Shown piece by piece: positions 8,641 to 17,805 of a stretch of DNA of 34,762 nt. The DNA is taken from the IMG/VR virus record IMGVR_UViG_3300016478_000097, positions 1-34,762 of that record; one strand, given 5' to 3'. Within the stretch, counting starts at the first letter, position 1; every line of letters begins with the position of its first letter. The notes beneath the pieces were generated by a model, which was not told where the DNA came from, made no database searches, and saw nothing but the letters and a program-made list of their open reading frames with translations. Origin of the DNA: a virus. Lineage: Duplodnaviria > Caudoviricetes. A program made the translations under genes and the position numbers.

Positions 8641-9413
8641 TAAAATGTTGGTGAGTTATCTGATATTGGTCTAGCTATATCAAAGAATGAATCAACGATT
8701 TGGTAATCCTCGATTGTTCCGACGACATCAGTATCAACCTCTCTAGCAATTTGACCTGACATTGGATCAAGTTTAACCTTGGTATGTAGAATAACATTGG
8801 TGCTTTGTTTAACTGGTCCCAAGTATTCGGTCTTGGCAGTAAACATTAATGTATATACAATTTCCCTTCGGCTTTCCATTGCCCCTTCATATGTATCCGA
8901 TATTTCAACTCCATTCAAATTAATTGGAACATCTTGAACGATTCCCATCTCAGGAACAAGATTAATTGTCATTGTGTATTGGGGAGAAAAATATGGAAGA
9001 ATCTGCTCAACGATCTGTAGAGCGTCATCCTGTGTCTTGGTCATCACATACACCACAAAATTGACATTGTAGGGCACTGGAGCAGCCGCTGTAAGCACTG
9101 AACCAAGTTCCCCCGTAGAACCACATGATCGAAGCTGAGTAGCCTTGTTTAGCTTTCTAGAAGGGTCATATTCGATCCCCACCATCTCGAATCCAATTCT
9201 CGGTAGAGTAATGAGTACCCGCTTGTCAAATGTTGGTTCTTCGCTCAATCTTTGTAGCCACTTTTCTCTGTTTCCGTAGGCTACAGGAACATCGATTAGT
9301 TGTTCAACTACATTATCCGAATTTCTTCTTTCTATTTTGATTCCAGAAAATAGATTACCCATTCCGACAATAAGCTTTCTAGTAATTCCATGATAATAGG
9401 TTCGATTAAACAT
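8640..9413 (-). CDS. 15: Tail sheath terminator/stabiliser gp15
   Basis: YH...RK....G.LF, VP.AYG.REKW, LPR.GFEM, PVPYN, D.LQIVEQILPYF.P motifs. Confidence 0.92.
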   Translation of the reverse strand: MFNRTYYHGITRKLIVGMGNLFSGIKIERRNSDNVVEQLIDVPVAYGNREKWLQRLSEEPTFDKRVLITLPRIGFEMVGIEYDPSRKLNKATQLRSCGSTGELGSVLTAAAPVPYNVNFVVYVMTKTQDDALQIVEQILPYFSPQYTMTINLVPEMGIVQDVPINLNGVEISDTYEGAMESRREIVYTLMFTAKTEYLGPVKQSTNVILHTKVKLDPMSGQIAREVDTDVVGTIEDYQIVDSFFDIARPISDNSPTF

Positions 9414-9645
9414 TATTAGAATCCTCTTGTCTGTTTGGTTCTACTTTTTTAGTTGTCATAGAATCTGGTGTTAGAACAGCAATTAGACCAGCAATTATCA
9501 GGCCAATTTCAATAATTCCTGATTGAAGTTCTTCGCTGAAATGTGAACCAACAGCAGATGCAACCAGTACGATTCCTCTGATAGTAGATGGTTCTTGTAA
9601 TCTTTCGATTAGATATGTAATGACTTGTTTTGTTTTAGTTTTCAT
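9406..9645 (-). CDS. Small 2-TM holin-like protein
   Basis: RL.EPST.RG motif, two hydrophobic helices, charged C-terminus. Confidence 0.55.
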   Translation of the reverse strand: MKTKTKQVITYLIERLQEPSTIRGIVLVASAVGSHFSEELQSGIIEIGLIIAGLIAVLTPDSMTTKKVEPNRQEDSNNV

Positions 9646-10520
9646 GATAGTGACTCCATTAGAGTTGGGTGATATTTAGAGAATCCACCAATATTTCCTA
9701 TTGCAGACTTGGTATTGTATTCTGGTGAATGCATAACTAACCATTCTGCTCCACCATCTCTTTTCATCTTTAGACCATCAAATCCAATTCTAGATAATTG
9801 GTCATACCCAACTGCTTTTAATAGATTCTGTGCATCTTGCCCGGATTTAATCTGGACTGGCGCACTATAATCCACATATGAGATGTGGAATTTATCGCCA
9901 ATCTTATCTACTGTTGGGAAATTTCTGTCATATCCGCCACCAAATACCTCATGATCTTTCTTTTTATTCTCAAAGAATTCTCTAGCATCATCTAATTCAT
10001 CCTCAGAAAACTTTGCTGTCTTTCTGGTGATAGATGGGAATCTACCCTTGTCAGAATCAATCATATTTTCGTTAGCAAATTTGGTAAGATTTTCTTGGTG
10101 TTCCTTGGGTAGTTCTTCTGCATCCATATCTAGGATGTTACCCTTGGCATAAACAGGGTACACAGAGCCACTAGAACCGGCATAGGACGATGCTTCGCTT
10201 GGGGAAGTGGAGAGGTACGTCCCAACACCATAAGCGTCTCCTGTGAGCGTGGAACCAACAACACCGCCCGGTCTAAATGTATCGATCTGATCGGCATGTT
10301 TGGTGCCATGATAGAAAACCTTTGGTCTGCCATGCTCATCGGTTACTAGATCATTTGATGCCCATCTATGAAAGTTCTTGATGCCTTCATCAGTTGGATG
10401 GATTGGTTTACCTTCTGAGTTATTTCTATGCTTTAGGACACCATCAACTTCAATCATAGGATGTTCGATTGATTCTTTTAGTAATTTTTTATATGCTTCT
10501 GCTATTAGATCGTATTTCAT
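9642..10520 (-). CDS. Probable ADP-ribosyltransferase (ART-PolyVal-like), possibly virion-packaged
   Basis: NF.RW...DE.GRP.VFYHGT, G.GTYLST, VYPVY, EWLV..P...KSAIGN.G.F motifs. Confidence 0.7.
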   Translation of the reverse strand: MKYDLIAEAYKKLLKESIEHPMIEVDGVLKHRNNSEGKPIHPTDEGIKNFHRWASNDLVTDEHGRPKVFYHGTKHADQIDTFRPGGVVGSTLTGDAYGVGTYLSTSPSEASSYAGSSGSVYPVYAKGNILDMDAEELPKEHQENLTKFANENMIDSDKGRFPSITRKTAKFSEDELDDAREFFENKKKDHEVFGGGYDRNFPTVDKIGDKFHISYVDYSAPVQIKSGQDAQNLLKAVGYDQLSRIGFDGLKMKRDGGAEWLVMHSPEYNTKSAIGNIGGFSKYHPTLMESLS

Positions 10521-10548
10521 ATTTTTGTTTTATTGGATAATATAATCA

Positions 10549-10555
10549 TATTTAG
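10549..10555 (-). promoter_or_regulatory. Late promoter-like CTAAATA (T4 TATAAATA variant)
   Basis: Intergenic, ~30 nt upstream of ART gene; same 7-mer at 9673-9679, 23338-23344 and 30293-30299. Confidence 0.55.
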
Positions 10556-10556
10556 A

Positions 10557-10584
10557 AAAAACTAAAGCCCCTCTAGAGGGGCTT
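10557..10584 (-). terminator. Intrinsic terminator
   Basis: AAGCCCCTC-TA-GAGGGGCTT palindrome followed by T run on minus strand. Confidence 0.75.
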
Positions 10585-10589
10585 ATTTA

Positions 10590-11060
10590 TTACTTGGCTT
10601 TTACTTTAGCCTTCAAATTTTCGTACATCTGTCGATCCCATCCAAGAGCATCAACAATTACATACTCTTCAATATTAGGATATATCTCAAAAATATTCTG
10701 ATCCTTGATTGCATTAAGAAGTTCTGCTTCTTCTGGATTCATCTTCTCTAACCACTGGATATACATTTCTTCTTTCTTGGCTTTATGTGCAGGACCAAAA
10801 AGAACTTGAAGTTTATTACTCAGATGCAGAATTTCAACTTCGGCTAGACCAAGTGGATATTCTGATGGAATGTATGGAGGAACACCTTCTGGTAATGGAA
10901 ACTTGGCATTTGGATTTCCAGCATATCCTAGAATATTAGTAATCCTAGAATCCTTCTTAATCGCTTCCTTTAAGGCAGAAACTGGATCATCCGATTCATT
11001 TGCTTTCTTGATTACTTCAAGAAAAGTTGGTAGTTTTTCATTTAGGATTTCTTGCCTCAT
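10590..11060 (-). CDS. Conserved T4-like hypothetical protein
   Basis: LPEG.PPY and K.E...IQ.LE...P.EAELL..IKD motifs; near rnh. Confidence 0.75.
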   Translation of the reverse strand: MRQEILNEKLPTFLEVIKKANESDDPVSALKEAIKKDSRITNILGYAGNPNAKFPLPEGVPPYIPSEYPLGLAEVEILHLSNKLQVLFGPAHKAKKEEMYIQWLEKMNPEEAELLNAIKDQNIFEIYPNIEEYVIVDALGWDRQMYENLKAKVKAK

Positions 11061-11061
11061 T

Positions 11062-11262
11062 TTATTCGCCTTTCTTTAACACTTGATTCATATCAGCTTG
11101 TTTTTGACTATTCAAAATCTGACCCATTCTTTTACCAGATTCATAATATTCAATCAGAAATCCTAGCTCTGGAATATCTTCATATGGATTTTCTTCTTGA
11201 TCGAATTTTGAAAATCCATATTCATATGCAAATTTCTGCATTTCTTTAATTTGTTCACCCAT
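11062..11262 (-). CDS. Hypothetical protein
   Basis: Tiles exactly between neighbours. Confidence 0.6.
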   Translation of the reverse strand: MGEQIKEMQKFAYEYGFSKFDQEENPYEDIPELGFLIEYYESGKRMGQILNSQKQADMNQVLKKGE

Positions 11263-12156
11263 TTAAAAATCCTCAATAGATTCTAGTAGCATCTTGCATT
11301 TGTGTTTGGCAAGATATTGATATGCTTTGGTTTTGTTTCCGAGAATTTTCGTGTTGTATTCATCAACAATTGATTCTCTGACGTATTTAGGAATAGCAGC
11401 AAAGGAAATTAGTCTAGTATTCATGATGATGCGATTCTTGATAAATTCATCATCGGTAGCATCAAGCATGTTTTCTGCTAGAAGGAATGGTTCCATCTTT
11501 TTCTCTGATGCTGGTTTTTGTCGCGTCTTTGTAACAAATGAATCTTCTGGAGAAAAGCAATTGCAAATTCCGTCGCCTGAATCGCCAGTTAGAATCAACC
11601 TACGCAGAAATTCTTTTGGCGAACATTCTAGTTTAATGAATTTCTGTGTGAATGGTGAATATTGAGAAACATTGGAATATTTCTGCAACTGAGACATATC
11701 TTTGTCGGTAGAAACCATCAAAACAGGTTCTGCTTCTGTTTCTAGTCCATTCTGGATCATGCGTTTATTGCAAATTTCCTCAACAATAACAGCCATAATA
11801 TCATCGGCTTCTGCCTTGTCAATCCTGATTACTTTATATGGAAAGTTTTCTGAAATATCTATTGCCATCTGATCAATAGCAGCAAAAATCTTATCCCAAG
11901 GAAGATTTCGATCTTCCCGGTTCTTTTTTCGAGATGCTTTATAGTGTGGAAAGATTTCTTTTCTCCAATATGATCGACCATCACAGGCGATCACAATTTC
12001 AGACGAATATTCTTTGAATTTCTTCTTATAGAATTTAATCGTGGATAGAATAGAATGGCGGAATAGATTGAGGACATCTTCGGTATTGTCCCGAAGATCA
12101 TCCTCAAATTGGTAGATTGCCGCATGGCAAATTTGAGAATAATCTAGAATTAACAT
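11263..12156 (-). CDS. rnh: RNase H / 5'-3' exonuclease (T4 type)
   Basis: ILDYSQI, YWR..FP.YK..R, EADD, STDKD..QL, GD.GDGI motifs. Confidence 0.95.
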   Translation of the reverse strand: MLILDYSQICHAAIYQFEDDLRDNTEDVLNLFRHSILSTIKFYKKKFKEYSSEIVIACDGRSYWRKEIFPHYKASRKKNREDRNLPWDKIFAAIDQMAIDISENFPYKVIRIDKAEADDIMAVIVEEICNKRMIQNGLETEAEPVLMVSTDKDMSQLQKYSNVSQYSPFTQKFIKLECSPKEFLRRLILTGDSGDGICNCFSPEDSFVTKTRQKPASEKKMEPFLLAENMLDATDDEFIKNRIIMNTRLISFAAIPKYVRESIVDEYNTKILGNKTKAYQYLAKHKCKMLLESIEDF

Positions 12157-12165
12157 GTATTTCCT

Positions 12166-13257
12166 TTAGGAGAATTGTTTACAGATTAGAGTGTCATCGT
12201 TTAGGCGACCACTAGGAACAGTCTCAATAGATTTTACCATAGAAAAAGCCTTCTCAAACTGTTTCTTTGGTAACTGAAGCAGGTTGAGTAGCTGGTCTTT
12301 TGGATTTCTTAGTGTTTTCTGCATGGACTTAGCTTCATCATAATTCAGCAGAGTTGTTCCCTTGATGCCAAACTGCTTTCCATCTTCGGCAACATAATAT
12401 TGAATCTTTCTTGTCTTTGTATTAAATGTAACAAGAGATGTTTTTCCAATAATTGCTGCTGGATCAATGGATGAAATACCAAGACCTAAATCTTCCTTCA
12501 TGTACTTGACATTCGCCACAATCTTCTGTATAGGAACAGCCTTGGGGGTTCTTGGTTTGCGTTGATACATCGTAGACAACTCGGATACTGCTTCTCTGAG
12601 TGCTGTCACAATCCCCCGACAAGCCACTTTAGAGAGCCTATAGGCGTCTAGAAGCTCCTTATCAGTACCTACCCCTTCATACTCAACTATCTTCTTCTCT
12701 ATGAGCGTTTTGAGGGCATTCACTTGGATCAGCGTAGGAGAGAACTGTTTAGACCACGAGACTATCCCTAGAGATTTTTTCTTCCCTAGATGTTCGTCAA
12801 TATAACCTTCAAATTCTCCAAGAAAATAATCAATTTTTTCTGCTTTTGGTTGATCATCATCCTGCTTAGGAGTAGCAACTATAGTCAGATCGGCTTTGGT
12901 AGAAATCTCAGTTGCTAGATTTAGGATTCGATTATCAATAGAATCTTTTAGGATAACTCCATTCTCTTTCATTCGAATAAGAGAACCTACAGTCGAAAAA
13001 TATTGATGACTTACTTTTGATAATAGCTTCGATAGTTGTTTGTTACTGTCTTTGAAATAATTAACAGTCCATTCTTTCTTTGATTTATTGTCAAAGTTGT
13101 TACCATAATAATAAAGCAGTTTAGCCAGAGATGATGTGTAATCATTCTGGTCAATTTCTTTTGGTTCTAGAAGTCTAGGGTCTTGTTTAATCCGTTTCCG
13201 AGCAGTCTCTAGCTGATTCTTAGATACTCTGGTCTGTTGTTTTGGTGTTGTTGCCAT
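12166..13257 (-). CDS. Conserved T4-like hypothetical protein
   Basis: Long ORF; C-terminal SI.P..IIG...FNTKTRK, KGTTL, KTLR.P, GRLN motifs. Confidence 0.8.
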   Translation of the reverse strand: MATTPKQQTRVSKNQLETARKRIKQDPRLLEPKEIDQNDYTSSLAKLLYYYGNNFDNKSKKEWTVNYFKDSNKQLSKLLSKVSHQYFSTVGSLIRMKENGVILKDSIDNRILNLATEISTKADLTIVATPKQDDDQPKAEKIDYFLGEFEGYIDEHLGKKKSLGIVSWSKQFSPTLIQVNALKTLIEKKIVEYEGVGTDKELLDAYRLSKVACRGIVTALREAVSELSTMYQRKPRTPKAVPIQKIVANVKYMKEDLGLGISSIDPAAIIGKTSLVTFNTKTRKIQYYVAEDGKQFGIKGTTLLNYDEAKSMQKTLRNPKDQLLNLLQLPKKQFEKAFSMVKSIETVPSGRLNDDTLICKQFS

Positions 13258-13271
13258 TCACATCTCCATAC

Positions 13272-13294
13272 AAGAAACCCGGCTGTTGCCGGGT
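13272..13294 (-). terminator. Intrinsic terminator
   Basis: ACCCGGC-AACA-GCCGGGT followed by TTCTT on minus strand. Confidence 0.65.
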
Positions 13295-13307
13295 GTTTTA
13301 TTTGTCT

Positions 13308-13583
13308 TTACTCGATATTTACTAGAGTCTGACAGAGGGTTTCAAACTCATCATCAGCACCAAGTTCTTCATGATATGACTGCTTATGATGACATTTCGC
13401 AAATCGATTGAGCATCTTCTTGGGAATGTCAAACTTTTCGTGCAGATCAGCAATAGTTTCCTTGATATAACTCTTTTCTCCTTCAATTCGGGTCATGCAA
13501 GCAGAAATTTCATTCATTGCGTCCATGATTTTCTTGCGATCATCGGGAGAAGAAGGCATAACAAAAGTGTTGATAGTAGTCAT
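13308..13583 (-). CDS. dsbA: Double-stranded DNA-binding protein DsbA-like
   Basis: 91 aa; EIS....I..EK..IK.....F.IP.K......HKQ pattern; near rnh as in T4. Confidence 0.75.
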   Translation of the reverse strand: MTTINTFVMPSSPDDRKKIMDAMNEISACMTRIEGEKSYIKETIADLHEKFDIPKKMLNRFAKCHHKQSYHEELGADDEFETLCQTLVNIE

Positions 13584-13597
13584 TTCAAATTTCCTTT

Positions 13598-14629
13598 TTA
13601 AATAAAACCAAAAGAGTTGTTCTTCTTGGGAGAACGAGTTTTAGAATCAGCAAAAATATCAGCAATAGAATAATAGTCTTGATTTTCTAGAGTCAATCCA
13701 ACTTTATCTGCTACTGTTTTTGCTTCTTCTTTGTTTAGATTTCTGAATTCTACCACATCATGACAGCGACCTTTACGAATCAGAGCCTCATCGATATGAG
13801 AGACATTTGGAAGATTTGTTGTAAAGATCATCTTCTTTGATTTGATAGAAATCAGACCATCGCCTAGATTTAGAAAACGATTCATCATCGTATTTCCTTC
13901 TGCTCTAGGTAGCAGCAGTGTATCCGAGTCCTCTAGTATAACAATGTTTTCATCGATTGATCGGAACCAATCAGCAAAAAACTCATCAGACTCAAGCAAC
14001 TTACTGTGATATGTCAGTATAGCATTTTGTTTGGTATGATGCAATAGCCCCTTGACAAAATTTGTTTTCCCTGTTCCCGGTGGACCAATCAGAAGCAATA
14101 TTGATGCATCTGAATTGATGAAACGATCATAATACTCATGAAGAGTTTCACCTTGTAGAAACGGATACATCTCTGTAAATGGTAGATTTTTTGATTCTAG
14201 AGGAACCTTAATGGATTCCATATACTGAGAATCGTAAATCCATCTGACATACGCTCCCGGAACAGTAAACTGTTTTTTGATATCTGCAATCAGATTAGAA
14301 ATATCAATAGCAGAATGAATGCTCAGAGAAATCAGAGAGTCTGACCAAGATGCTTTGATGACAAAATTGATCTCGTCGGCACTTTTTCTTCCGATAAACA
14401 AATCTGTTTTTTCGTCAATATCATGAATCGACTGAATCCATTTTGTTTCTTCGATAAAAAGACGAAAATCTTTTCGTTTAGCATCAAGAGTCATCTTTTT
14501 ATTATTGATGTTCCTTCCTAGATTGAATGAATCAATCAGGAATTTATCAATAATATAGTCAGATGCTCGATGTTCCCCAAGAACAAGATTTCCGCTACCA
14601 GTTGATGTAGTTATATTTCTGTCAAGCAT
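13598..14629 (-). CDS. AAA+ ATPase
   Basis: Walker A GPPGTGKT, VILEDSD, FLN..DG, FTTN, ID.AL.R.GR. Confidence 0.85.
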   Translation of the reverse strand: MLDRNITTSTGSGNLVLGEHRASDYIIDKFLIDSFNLGRNINNKKMTLDAKRKDFRLFIEETKWIQSIHDIDEKTDLFIGRKSADEINFVIKASWSDSLISLSIHSAIDISNLIADIKKQFTVPGAYVRWIYDSQYMESIKVPLESKNLPFTEMYPFLQGETLHEYYDRFINSDASILLLIGPPGTGKTNFVKGLLHHTKQNAILTYHSKLLESDEFFADWFRSIDENIVILEDSDTLLLPRAEGNTMMNRFLNLGDGLISIKSKKMIFTTNLPNVSHIDEALIRKGRCHDVVEFRNLNKEEAKTVADKVGLTLENQDYYSIADIFADSKTRSPKKNNSFGFI

Positions 14630-14972
14630 TCGTTGATGGCTCCAAATAATCACTCAAGGCTTTGAACATGTTTGTTGGATGTGTCGTCTCTGAAAAATAT
14701 TCTGAGTTATCTTCAACATCAACGTATTCTACTCCATCATCAAGTAGCATATCCATATAGATTGCAGACTTGGCATATGAAGCAAGAAGCTTGTTCATAG
14801 ATTCCCGAATAGAAAGCATCATTGCGACTTTCTTCCTATTCAAGAATCGACTCCACAATGAAGATTCTTGAATTTTAGCAATACCAGAATCAATCATCAT
14901 CAGAAAATTCATGGACAACTTAGCGTTGTCAACTAGAAATTTCTTGTAATCAGCGCATAATATTTTTTGCAT
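14622..14972 (-). CDS. Hypothetical protein
   Basis: AAGGA SD; tiles with neighbours. Confidence 0.65.
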   Translation of the reverse strand: MQKILCADYKKFLVDNAKLSMNFLMMIDSGIAKIQESSLWSRFLNRKKVAMMLSIRESMNKLLASYAKSAIYMDMLLDDGVEYVDVEDNSEYFSETTHPTNMFKALSDYLEPSTNA

Positions 14973-15129
14973 TTTTCCTTGCTTTCTTAAAAGGAACCAG
15001 ACGCTTTACCTGATTATTGGGATGAAGAAGATACTTAGTGCCAAGTTTCTCCTTCGCTTCCTTGAGTCGCTCTTCGTTACGAGCGCGGAGTTCATTATAC
15101 TGCACTTCAGTGAAAATCGTTGCTTCCAT
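14950..15129 (-). CDS. Small basic protein (59 aa, not in ORF track)
   Basis: MEATIFTEVQYNELRARNEERLKEAKEKLGTKYLLHPNNQVKRLVPFKKARKNAKNIMR; GAGG SD. Confidence 0.65.
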   Translation of the reverse strand: MEATIFTEVQYNELRARNEERLKEAKEKLGTKYLLHPNNQVKRLVPFKKARKNAKNIMR

Positions 15130-15132
15130 TTT

Positions 15133-15948
15133 TTACACCTCGAAAGTTTTCAGTTGAAAATTATATGCCAAAGATTCGTATCCGTAGTAGCCTCTTGGAT
15201 TGGTAAGTACCCTACAGACACCTACATTATAGTCGAAAATCTGGTGAACATGGCCGTGGAACCAGCATGTTATCTGAGGATTATCAAGAATAAATTCTGA
15301 TAAATCTGACACATATGCTCCATTTAGGTGATGTGCATGAATGTAGTCGGAATCAATAGAAAGATGGGTTGGAGCATGATGGGTAATCATGACTACCGTT
15401 TCTTTGTCTTTGACTAGATTCTTGATAATTTCAAGAGAAATCTTATGCTCTTCAATAGTATCCTGAACAGTTAGATTTCCTACACGAGTTTTGGCAACAC
15501 GCTTACCACCAACATCAGCCCAATAATGAACAGGAGAATTAGAATTCTGAATCCTCTCATAGTCTCGCATACACCTCGCAGCTTCCATCATAGAAATAGG
15601 GTCTTCCTTATTCATGTCAGTCCATAGAGTTGAACCAACGAATGTAACTCCATCAATTTCTACAGACTCGGAGTCCAGAAGAATTACATTCTCTGGAAGA
15701 AACTCTCTAAGCCTACTAGCAGTATCAATGAAATCCCATCCCCAATGTTCATGATTTCCCATTACATAGAGAACATGTTTAAATTCCTTAGATACTGTAT
15801 CAAAGAATTGTTGAAACTCTGGACAAGCTTTCCAGATAGCAGCTTCAACAATATCTCCAGCCAAAATCAAAACATCTGCATTAACAGTGTTATTGATAAT
15901 AAGTCCCTTCACATTCAAGTGAAGATCAGAACAATATGCAATTTTCAT
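15133..15948 (-). CDS. Calcineurin-like metallophosphoesterase
   Basis: SDLH, AGD, GNHE, HHAP, HGHVH motifs. Confidence 0.92.
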   Translation of the reverse strand: MKIAYCSDLHLNVKGLIINNTVNADVLILAGDIVEAAIWKACPEFQQFFDTVSKEFKHVLYVMGNHEHWGWDFIDTASRLREFLPENVILLDSESVEIDGVTFVGSTLWTDMNKEDPISMMEAARCMRDYERIQNSNSPVHYWADVGGKRVAKTRVGNLTVQDTIEEHKISLEIIKNLVKDKETVVMITHHAPTHLSIDSDYIHAHHLNGAYVSDLSEFILDNPQITCWFHGHVHQIFDYNVGVCRVLTNPRGYYGYESLAYNFQLKTFEV

Positions 15949-15950
15949 TT

Positions 15951-16352
15951 TTACCCCAAATTATACTGAAAACGATCCTTCATCTTGTCAATCGTTTCAT
16001 TAGGAACAGAATGGACATTCTTAAAGTTGCCGTTAGCAATAATAACAGTCGGGACAATATGAAATGCTTCAGCAAGATCAAGATAGTATTGAATCTCCTT
16101 CTTGGTCGTGAAGGTATTGGAAACAATCACAGAATACCCATCTTTCAAGGCTTTGTGAGTTGCTGCCTGACACCAAGAATGAGCAGCACCAATCCGAGAA
16201 AAATCCCAGATATAGTTGCCATTATCATCAGTAAAATACATATCAGCCTCATAGTGCTTAAACACAGAAGGATTGTTACCGATGATGATATTGGCAAGAG
16301 TAGACTTACCAGAGCCGGGGATACCCCGGATCAGAATCATTTGTTGTTTCAT
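15951..16352 (-). CDS. P-loop kinase (AAA_33 / polynucleotide-kinase-like)
   Basis: RGIPGSGKST, EADMYF, AH.WCQ, VSNTF, N.H.VP. Confidence 0.85.
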   Translation of the reverse strand: MKQQMILIRGIPGSGKSTLANIIIGNNPSVFKHYEADMYFTDDNGNYIWDFSRIGAAHSWCQAATHKALKDGYSVIVSNTFTTKKEIQYYLDLAEAFHIVPTVIIANGNFKNVHSVPNETIDKMKDRFQYNLG

Positions 16353-16354
16353 AC

Positions 16355-16945
16355 TTACTCTCCATTTCCATGATGATCGACGACCAGAACTGGTCTTTCA
16401 CGCATTATAGCAGAAATTTCTTCCAGTGCCCAAGGGGCACAGTCTTTTTGTGGCCTAGCATCAACCCCAACGTCCATACTCTTACCATATGGGACATACT
16501 CAAGGGAGCCATGAGAATGACCATACAGATGCCAAGCTGCTTTTGAGCTACCGCCAGACCAATGCATACCGTTCCAGATTCTCATTGAAAAATGACAAAG
16601 GACAATTTTCTGTTTGTCAATTGAAATTTCTTTGAGATTCTGAACAGATTCAAACATTTCTTGAATATCTTTATTCTTGCGAATAACAGCATCATGATTA
16701 CCCAGAATCATATGTTTTTTGCCGTTTAGTCTATTGATCAGTTCCTTGGTATTTTCTGCATTAGTAAAAGCAAAATCTCCAAGGAAATAAATAACATCAT
16801 TCTTTTTAACTCGACTGTTATGAGCAGCAATAAGAAACTCATTCATTTCTTCGACTGTGCCTTTTGGTCGTGTATCAACACAATATTCTTGTATTTTTTT
16901 ATGAAAATAATGTGTATCGGCAGTAAAAAATATGTGTTGTGTCAT
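16355..16945 (-). CDS. Calcineurin-like metallophosphoesterase
   Basis: ADTH, LGD, GNHD, HLYGHSH, DVGVD motifs. Confidence 0.9.
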   Translation of the reverse strand: MTQHIFFTADTHYFHKKIQEYCVDTRPKGTVEEMNEFLIAAHNSRVKKNDVIYFLGDFAFTNAENTKELINRLNGKKHMILGNHDAVIRKNKDIQEMFESVQNLKEISIDKQKIVLCHFSMRIWNGMHWSGGSSKAAWHLYGHSHGSLEYVPYGKSMDVGVDARPQKDCAPWALEEISAIMRERPVLVVDHHGNGE

Positions 16946-17289
16946 AGAATCCATTCCTCATAACCATCTTCCGCAGTAAAGATAACTCTCTTTACGCCAG
17001 ATAGTTTAATTGCTAGTTGACAACTGATACAGGGAAATGCGATCTTCGGATTTCCCCTATAATCAAATCTTTCTATTTTTAATGTATGAACCTGTTTTCT
17101 TTTGTTTTTTGCCTGTATTAAAGCAGAAACTTCTGAATGAATATAAATTCTATCCTCATCAAGACCACACGCAATAGATAACTCTTTTTGCCAAGTATTC
17201 GATTTATTGTAATCATTTACTCCTTTTGATATTACATTTCCTTTTTTATCGTATGCAGTTGCAATTATTTCATATCGCTTTCGAGTCAT
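16942..17289 (-). CDS. Zn-dependent nucleoside/nucleotide deaminase-like protein
   Basis: HSE and PCxxC motifs. Confidence 0.8.
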   Translation of the reverse strand: MTRKRYEIIATAYDKKGNVISKGVNDYNKSNTWQKELSIACGLDEDRIYIHSEVSALIQAKNKRKQVHTLKIERFDYRGNPKIAFPCISCQLAIKLSGVKRVIFTAEDGYEEWIL

Positions 17290-17623
17290 TTCCAAAAATA
17301 TGATGCTTATAGTCAATTGCCGATTTCAACATATTAGTCCAATATGCCGAATCTTTCCATTCATCTGCGAATTTTTTAAACTCTTCAATCTGCTCGTTGA
17401 TTTCTTGATAGGTTGGCTGTCGATATTCCGTCTGGTATTCTACCATAGAAAAGTCTTGTGCCAATACACGAACATAAGAAAGACCTCCATCAACTGAGCA
17501 TGAGCCACATGAGCATGTTTGAAAATCGTGAGTGTACTTCGATTCAATGACTTCATTGCAGGATAAGCATTTAACTTTATTCCTAGAAATTTTGTCGAAG
17601 TGTGGGTTGTGTGTGACTTGCAT
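17270..17623 (-). CDS. Zn-finger hypothetical protein
   Basis: CxxC...HDF..CxCG...VDGG..Y.R. Confidence 0.75.
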   Translation of the reverse strand: MQVTHNPHFDKISRNKVKCLSCNEVIESKYTHDFQTCSCGSCSVDGGLSYVRVLAQDFSMVEYQTEYRQPTYQEINEQIEEFKKFADEWKDSAYWTNMLKSAIDYKHHIFGNDSKAI

Positions 17624-17805
17624 TATTTTTCCTTAAAAATTGTTTGTTTTTGCGACGGCTTTAGCGCATCCTTTTTCATTAGTAGTTTTCGTTGAGTTCC
17701 CGGTTTTTTAACCAATACGAACTCAACCCCATCTACAAATTTAGTTGGATCACGCGAATCAACCTCCCATAGATCATCTTGATCAAAAATATTCTGATAA
17801 ATCAT
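17623..17805 (-). CDS. Hypothetical protein
   Basis: Coupled starts/stops. Confidence 0.65.
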   Translation of the reverse strand: MIYQNIFDQDDLWEVDSRDPTKFVDGVEFVLVKKPGTQRKLLMKKDALKPSQKQTIFKEK

